In this document: one piece after another, positions 61,601 to 64,000 of the stretch
Layout of the letters: every line of letters starts with the position of its first letter
Position numbering within the stretch: the first letter of the stretch is position 1
Assembly (NCBI RefSeq): GCF_000143415.4
Contig: NW_003314279.1
Location: 2,172,191-2,236,190 of the forward strand
Source: Selaginella moellendorffii
Lineage: Eukaryota; Plantae; Lycopodiophyta
Direction: 5' to 3'
Length of the DNA: 64,000 nt
Translations under genes and position numbers: made by a program
The notes under the pieces: model-generated
What the model saw: the letters and a program-made list of their open reading frames with translations, nothing else
What the model was told of the DNA's origin: nothing
The model's database searches: none

Positions 61601-64000
61601 TAGAGTTAGCATAGTCCATGACTAAATCACTTTTCAAGGAAAAGCTCAAAGCTCAACCCCTACTAAATAATCTCGTTTAGAACACAACTAACTCAAACTT
61701 GCCACTCAGTTCATTTAAACGTCAACATAGTTGCTAACTAACAAATGTACGAATGCCAATAACACAAAGCCATAGCCAAATCATCAACACTATCTTCATT
61801 AAGATTAATGAAACTCAATATCAATCCTAAAGAGAGACATCTCATTTCACTTTGAATCTCAACCTCAATAATGTCAACGACAAGGCATCACTTCAATGCC
61901 ATCAACAACAGAACAAAGCTAGCAGAAAGCAAGAGTGAATCACCACTCAAAACTCTTTAGCAACCAAGCTAACCAAAGTCGGAAATACTTTACTCAGTAT
62001 CCAAGACCAATTTCTCAACAATACTCAGTCACAGATAACACTTCTTCAAGGAGTGAATCACCACGTCCAAGACTCAATGAAATCCAACATTATAGACCAA
62101 ACGCAACCAAATGATATCAACAAAGGAATTGACATGCCAACATGGAAAAACCATGTTAGCCTAATGACACGATCCTCCGCAACACCATCCGGTAAAGCAA
62201 GCCCATCACTGCTAAATCATCATCAAGCAAAGCAAGTGTCAACGGTCCTTGATGAAGTCTACAACTAATCACTAGTCGCAAAGCAACTAACAATCACTCC
62301 TCAACTTGCCTTCATAAGACCCAAACACCAACTCTTATCATCAAGTCACATACTTATCCAACATAAACATAATATCCCAGGTATGAGATAAAAGTTCATA
62401 GACATAGCTCTGAGCATGCCTTGAAGAGGCTAGCTATGCATGATCAACACTCAGCCGAAACAAAAGTGAAGACCATGAGATGAACTCATATCGGTACACA
62501 ACCTCCTCATAGACAAAGCTATAATATGGGTACCAACATCTCAACCTCAAACAACTAAGTTGGACATCACCATCCTTAGCCAAGGCGTAGGGCCACCAAG
62601 ACTAAGTCAAGATCAGTGAGAGCTCACTACTCTCATAGAGTCTTAACAAAATGCAAGGTGCAACCCGCCACCGAGCATAATGCTACAAAAGAAAGGCACA
62701 AGGGTCACCCTTCTTAGAAAAGTGCAACGGCCACTTTTCTACACCAACTCTAGACTCCATCCAACTTAATTGCCTTAGCCTCAAAAGTTAGCATCTCTTT
62801 TGGGTCGCATCATACAAACTACCTACTAAGGCCTAAGTTAACCGAAGTCAACTCTAACCCCTTCACTAGTTTGTACTGGCTTACGAAAACGGAATGGTTT
62901 TTGGGCATAGTGATCAACAGATCAGCCATCGGAAAAGTCTAAGAAAATTTGTGGAAAATTTTCCAGTCCTAGAGAAAGAATGACTCTCAGTCCAGGATTG
63001 CAACTTTCAAGACTCAACCAACTTCCTCCTACAAACAACTTCACATAGATTCACCTTAACACAAATTCTCATGTCCAACAATATGCTTAAGCCTCGAACA
63101 TCTTTACCCATGTTTCCGACATCTAACTCTGACATCCGCAAAGTGCAAAATGAACATCCAAGGCTTGATCACGAAGACCACATCTTCGGATATCCATATT
63201 GCACTAACACCCTTCTTCAATCACCTTCAAGATCCAATGTAAAGCCAAAACACTAACAAGAAAAATGACATGGAAAAATCAAGGTCCAAGGAAAATTCCT
63301 CATCACTTGAAATAACAATGCCACTTCCACTAACACAAGTGCTAGTGACGTCAATGCCCCAACTCCACATCTTCTCCATCCAACAATCTACTCCAAGTGC
63401 TAACGGATCAACCGACAAGCTATAGCAAATGAATGCTACAACCCTTTTCCAACACCTTAGTGGGCAAACTTAAGAAAACAAGGTACCAACTTAAGCTTAG
63501 CATAATGGACCACTATAGAGAATCCAGTCAAAGCTACTACAATGCTACTTCATGCAAATAGACTAGCTTCTCCATCAACCACTTTGGGGTTGATCATCAT
63601 TTACCCAAGCAACTTCGTAAACGCATTACTCTTTATCACATGGATATGATATAAGCATCACAATGACTTGATCATCAATTGAGTAACGCAATGAGCAATG
63701 CCTATGTCATTACTTCAAACGTTTATGTGAGTATCAAATGCCAACTCGATTCGACAAAATGCAACATAAATGCCACACTCCACCAATGGAGGTTTACGAC
63801 ACCCAACACCACTAACTTTTGTTCACAACACGGACAAGCTCATGCCACTCTCTTTTCGACCACACTCAACACTAATCCAACACCAAGCTACTCAAGGAGC
63901 AATAGCAAGGTTCCTCGGAAAAGAATTGAGCATTGCAACCCAAGTCTTCCAATAGCGAGCCTAGACAAAATGGTTTAGTGTTCACCACTATCCATCCCAC
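58674..64000 (-). mobile_element. Highly decayed Ty1/Copia-like retrotransposon (3' LTR 58674-59229, PPT 59230-59244)
   Basis: PPT AAGGGGGGGGAGGGA abuts the LTR. RNase H-like remnant at ~59.3-59.6 kb next to the PPT and an RT LVY.DD remnant near 60460, consistent with Copia order. No long ORF. Confidence 0.7.

Overview
Plant nuclear DNA, most likely the lycophyte Selaginella. This is inferred from very short (~50-90 nt) introns, extreme gene density, a DYW-PPR gene and telobox-rich promoters. Layout: (1) 1-8.7 kb holds a decayed Ty3/Gypsy 3' half with its LTR, F-box and LINE fragments, and two histidinol dehydrogenase pseudogenes forming a ~1.1-kb inverted repeat. (2) 8.7-37 kb is a dense gene island: YAE1-like, OXS3-like, phosphoserine phosphatase, Elongin C, Kish, THIM, OHP1, a tandem SLT/lysozyme-like protein, a TPR protein, U6 snRNA with its Pol III promoter, a PPR-DYW protein lacking the catalytic Glu, a PFA-DSP phosphatase, an RGLG E3 ligase, an F-box/LRR protein and cyclin D. 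(3) 39-64 kb is a nested transposon stack. The main finding is a ~18-kb Mutator-like element (39743-57698) bounded by a CTCCATCCAT target-site duplication. It carries a SWIM-finger DDE transposase head-to-head with a decayed gene that appears to encode a ParB-like domain plus a beta-class (N4-C/N6-A) DNA methyltransferase-like domain, separated by an array of long palindromes, plus a small zinc-finger ORF. 5S-rRNA-bearing Cassandra-type TRIMs, a 7.2-kb LTR element and a decayed Copia are nested in or next to it. All family assignments come from manual motif recognition, not database searches.
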